Origin: Candidatus Poribacteria bacterium
Lineage (GTDB): Bacteria > Poribacteria > WGA-4E > WGA-3G
Assembly: GCA_965214095.1 (NCBI GenBank)
Contig: OZ243938.1
Span: 2,528,001 to 2,592,000 of the forward strand
Length of the DNA stretch: 64,000 nucleotides
Reading direction: 5' to 3'
A program made the translations under genes and the position numbers. The notes beneath the pieces are model-generated. The model was not told the DNA's origin. It saw nothing but the letters and a program-made list of their open reading frames with translations, and ran no database searches. Positions within the stretch are counted from its first letter, which is position 1. Every line of letters starts with the position of its first letter. Below are positions 61,521 through 64,000 of the stretch, piece after piece.

Positions 61521-61887
61521 GGTTCAGACAAATTAAACGCCAAAAAGTCAGAATCAAAAACCGTACCGTAACACAAAAAAATGTACAATCCGGTACGTTT
61601 TCAAGGAAGAAAAAAATCAAGAACTTTACAAGAAAACCCTAACCCTTTGATAGGTGTATAATTAACTTGCATAATATTGTCGTTAATGTTAGACTATAAA
61701 TTGACGCACATGTATAGTTACTATACTTGAGTTATAGTCTAACCTTGTTTACACACCCTACATAGAAAAAAATTAGTTGATTAAAAAATAGTGTTTCGGT
61801 TATCATTAATTCTATTGGTTGAATAGTCATAAATAGTTCTAAAGTAACCTTTTACAAATGCAGAACAGCAAATAGGAGAATTTGGAA

Positions 61888-62655
61888 ATGAAAATTCAAT
61901 ACTTATCTACAATATTGATTGTGCTGCTGATGTTGACTGTGTCAATGCCTGCTTTATCAGTAGTGCAGGAAAAAAACCTTGTTGGTTGGTGGCTTTTTGA
62001 TGATGAAACAGATGAAATGGGCAACTTTTCAGATATAATCTTCATTGGTGATGCCAAGATTGAGGATGGACAATTGGTTGTTGAAACTGGAAAGTGGGCA
62101 CGTTCCCTTGAATACACTGGTCCCGATATAAAAGAATTGACATTAGCGACGTGGGTTAGTCTGGACAATTATGCAAAAACGAATGGGTCTGCACTCTGTA
62201 TAGATAAGAAAAGCGTTGATGAGTTTTGCTCAATTGTTTGGGCTGAAAAAGTAGAGAAACAGTGGATGCCGGGAAGTAGCCATTTTCGACGCACTGATAA
62301 TTTTCCCAATGCAGTCACTGAGAAGGAAACCGGTGAAATGGTTTTCTTAGCCATTACTTACAAGAATGAAGGTGGCCAATATCTGATTACAGGTTACCGT
62401 AATGGCGAAAGTCTTGGGTCTATTAAGAAAGGGGCAATCGTTACATGGACCGAGGATGATACAGAGGCAATATGGGGAAAGCGACATGCTGATGCAAATA
62501 ACGGTCCAGGTGAACTTAATGCACACATAGAAGAATCTCGGATCTATAACACCGCTTTGACGCATGACGATATCAAAACTATAAACCAAGGGGATCTGCC
62601 TGTTGAAGCACGCGGAAAACTTGCCACAAAATGGGCAAAGATAAAAAGGCAATAG
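61888..62655 (+). CDS. Secreted LamG-like jelly-roll protein with C-terminal W tail (paralog 1)
   Basis: Signal peptide; LVGWWLFD and AHIEESRIYNTAL; ends VEARGKLATKWAKIKRQ. Confidence 0.8.
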   Translation: MKIQYLSTILIVLLMLTVSMPALSVVQEKNLVGWWLFDDETDEMGNFSDIIFIGDAKIEDGQLVVETGKWARSLEYTGPDIKELTLATWVSLDNYAKTNGSALCIDKKSVDEFCSIVWAEKVEKQWMPGSSHFRRTDNFPNAVTEKETGEMVFLAITYKNEGGQYLITGYRNGESLGSIKKGAIVTWTEDDTEAIWGKRHADANNGPGELNAHIEESRIYNTALTHDDIKTINQGDLPVEARGKLATKWAKIKRQ

Positions 62656-62823
62656 TATTCTGATTGCTTTGTTCTTGTAGGTATTATCAATAATCGGGAA
62701 TCGGAGTTCCCTCCTACAATACAAAACCTGTCTGTGGGAGCGAACTCCAAATAGTGATTTATAACAAACAATAGATGAAACAAATTTGTTGAATTTTGTT
62801 GAATTATGTAAAGGAGTTAATCC

Positions 62824-63588
62824 ATGAGAAGAATAGTTTACTGTGTAGCTGCAGTATTGCTAATGCTTAGTATGCAAATGTCTGTCTTTGCTCAAGTGCA
62901 AGAAGATAATCTGGTCGGTTGGTGGCGGTTCAATGGTGCTACAGAAGAAACTGGTAACTTTGGTGATGTTGTGCTTCAAGGTGCTACAATAGAAGATGGT
63001 CAGTTGGTTGTTTCAACTGATAAGTGGGCACATTCGCTGGATTACACGGGTCCTGATATTACAGACCTTACTTTGGTATCTTGGGTCAGTTTGGATGATC
63101 TTGCCAGAACAAGCGGCTCCGCACTCACTTTAGATAAGGTGTCTGCGGATCAATTTTGTGGAATCGTTTGGGCAGAAAGAGTAGAGAGACAGTGGATGTC
63201 GGGTAGTAGTCATTTCCGCCGTACAGACGATTTTCCAGATGTTGTCACGGAGAGTGCAACTGGCGAACTTAATATGATTGCTATAACTTATAAACTTGTC
63301 AGCAATCAATATGAAATAACTGGCTATCGTAATGGTGAAAGTATGGGTGGCTACACAAAAGGGGATAGCAGAACTTGGGTAGTTGGGGATTCCGAAGCGG
63401 TATGGGGCAAGCGGCATACTACTGGTCTTGATGGCCCAGGACACATCACTGCCCATATTGAAGAATCACGGATTTACAATGTTGCGCTGACCGCAGAAGA
63501 GGTAAGAACCTTGAATGATGGTGGTCTCACACCTGTTGAACCGTTGGGTAAACTTGCCACGCAATGGGGTGCACTCAAAGCCAAGTAA
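62824..63588 (+). CDS. Secreted LamG-like jelly-roll protein with C-terminal W-G tail (paralog 2)
   Basis: Tandem paralog of the previous gene (shared YTGPDI, GSSHFRRTD, WGKRH); ends VEPLGKLATQWGALKAK. Confidence 0.82.
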   Translation: MRRIVYCVAAVLLMLSMQMSVFAQVQEDNLVGWWRFNGATEETGNFGDVVLQGATIEDGQLVVSTDKWAHSLDYTGPDITDLTLVSWVSLDDLARTSGSALTLDKVSADQFCGIVWAERVERQWMSGSSHFRRTDDFPDVVTESATGELNMIAITYKLVSNQYEITGYRNGESMGGYTKGDSRTWVVGDSEAVWGKRHTTGLDGPGHITAHIEESRIYNVALTAEEVRTLNDGGLTPVEPLGKLATQWGALKAK

Positions 63589-63602
63589 GTTTCAACTTGA
63601 TA

Positions 63603-63627
63603 TAGGCGCGGTTTCAAACCGCGCCTA
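63603..63627. terminator. REP-like perfect hairpin between convergent genes (probable bidirectional terminator)
   Basis: TAGGCGCGGTTT-C-AAACCGCGCCTA. Confidence 0.6.
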
Positions 63628-63640
63628 CGAAAAAACACGC

Positions 63641-64000
63641 TTAATCAGGTAATATCCGATATCCGCTACTAATTCCCGTAACCATTCCAACAATAGCCCA
63701 CAGTCCCGCACATGTCATCTCACCGATGACCAAACCGAGAAATACAGGTCGGGCTTGACGGTATGCCTTCAGTCCACCATATTTCACAATCGCAAACTTC
63801 ATACCCCATCCGAGGAAAATAGAGAACCACAGTTTAAAGGTTGCCCATGAACTCAACATTGTATAACCGAGAGGGTGTAAAGGCCACCATACAAAGGTCT
63901 GTCGCATCCACATCAACCATCCAGTGAAGCCACCGCCAAACAAGATAAAGCCTGTATTCGTCCAATTAGTGCTTGTCTTCGGACTTGTTAGCAAACCTTC
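63641..64000 (-). CDS. Polytopic membrane protein C-terminus (DUF6784/6785-like putative transporter); 5' part outside the window
   Basis: WWPLHPLGY...WFSIFLGW..K..IVKYGG...YRQARPVFLGLVIGE. Confidence 0.65.
   Translation of the reverse strand, partial: EGLLTSPKTSTNWTNTGFILFGGGFTGWLMWMRQTFVWWPLHPLGYTMLSSWATFKLWFSIFLGWGMKFAIVKYGGLKAYRQARPVFLGLVIGEMTCAGLWAIVGMVTGISSGYRILPD

Overview
Bacterial chromosomal window. The gene content strongly suggests Candidatus Poribacteria or a relative (inference): secreted LamG and WD40 proteins, WD40-cohesin-dockerin proteins, a phytanoyl-CoA dioxygenase and a recurrent C-terminal V-E/D-P-x-x-K-L-x-T-x-W-G-x-x-K tail. Housekeeping genes are a citrate synthase-like/icd/mdh cluster interrupted by a type II R-M pair, dnaK with a sigma-54-type promoter, fabV, uppP, ispG, hisC, a mutS2-dnaG-rpoD cluster and three tRNAs (Val-CAC, Ile2/Met-CAT, Gly-CCC). 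Accessory content is hicBA, an orphan adenine MTase, a glycosylation cluster, IS5 and IS982 remnants, and many GTAG-type REP palindromes nested in two families of MITE-like shells. The best leads are: (1) a ~2150-aa SprA/Sov-like outer-membrane translocon carrying FG/YG low-complexity segments, in a genome whose secreted proteins share a short C-terminal W-G motif, which together suggest a non-canonical T9SS-like export and sorting system; (2) an intact, separately translated RpoD paralog with only the NCR and region 2, between dnaG and rpoD; (3) a tandem array of paralogous membrane proteins with a conserved tail next to tRNA-Val; (4) nested MITE/REP elements. No CRISPR array or rRNA was seen. 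All family calls come from motif recognition, not database searches.
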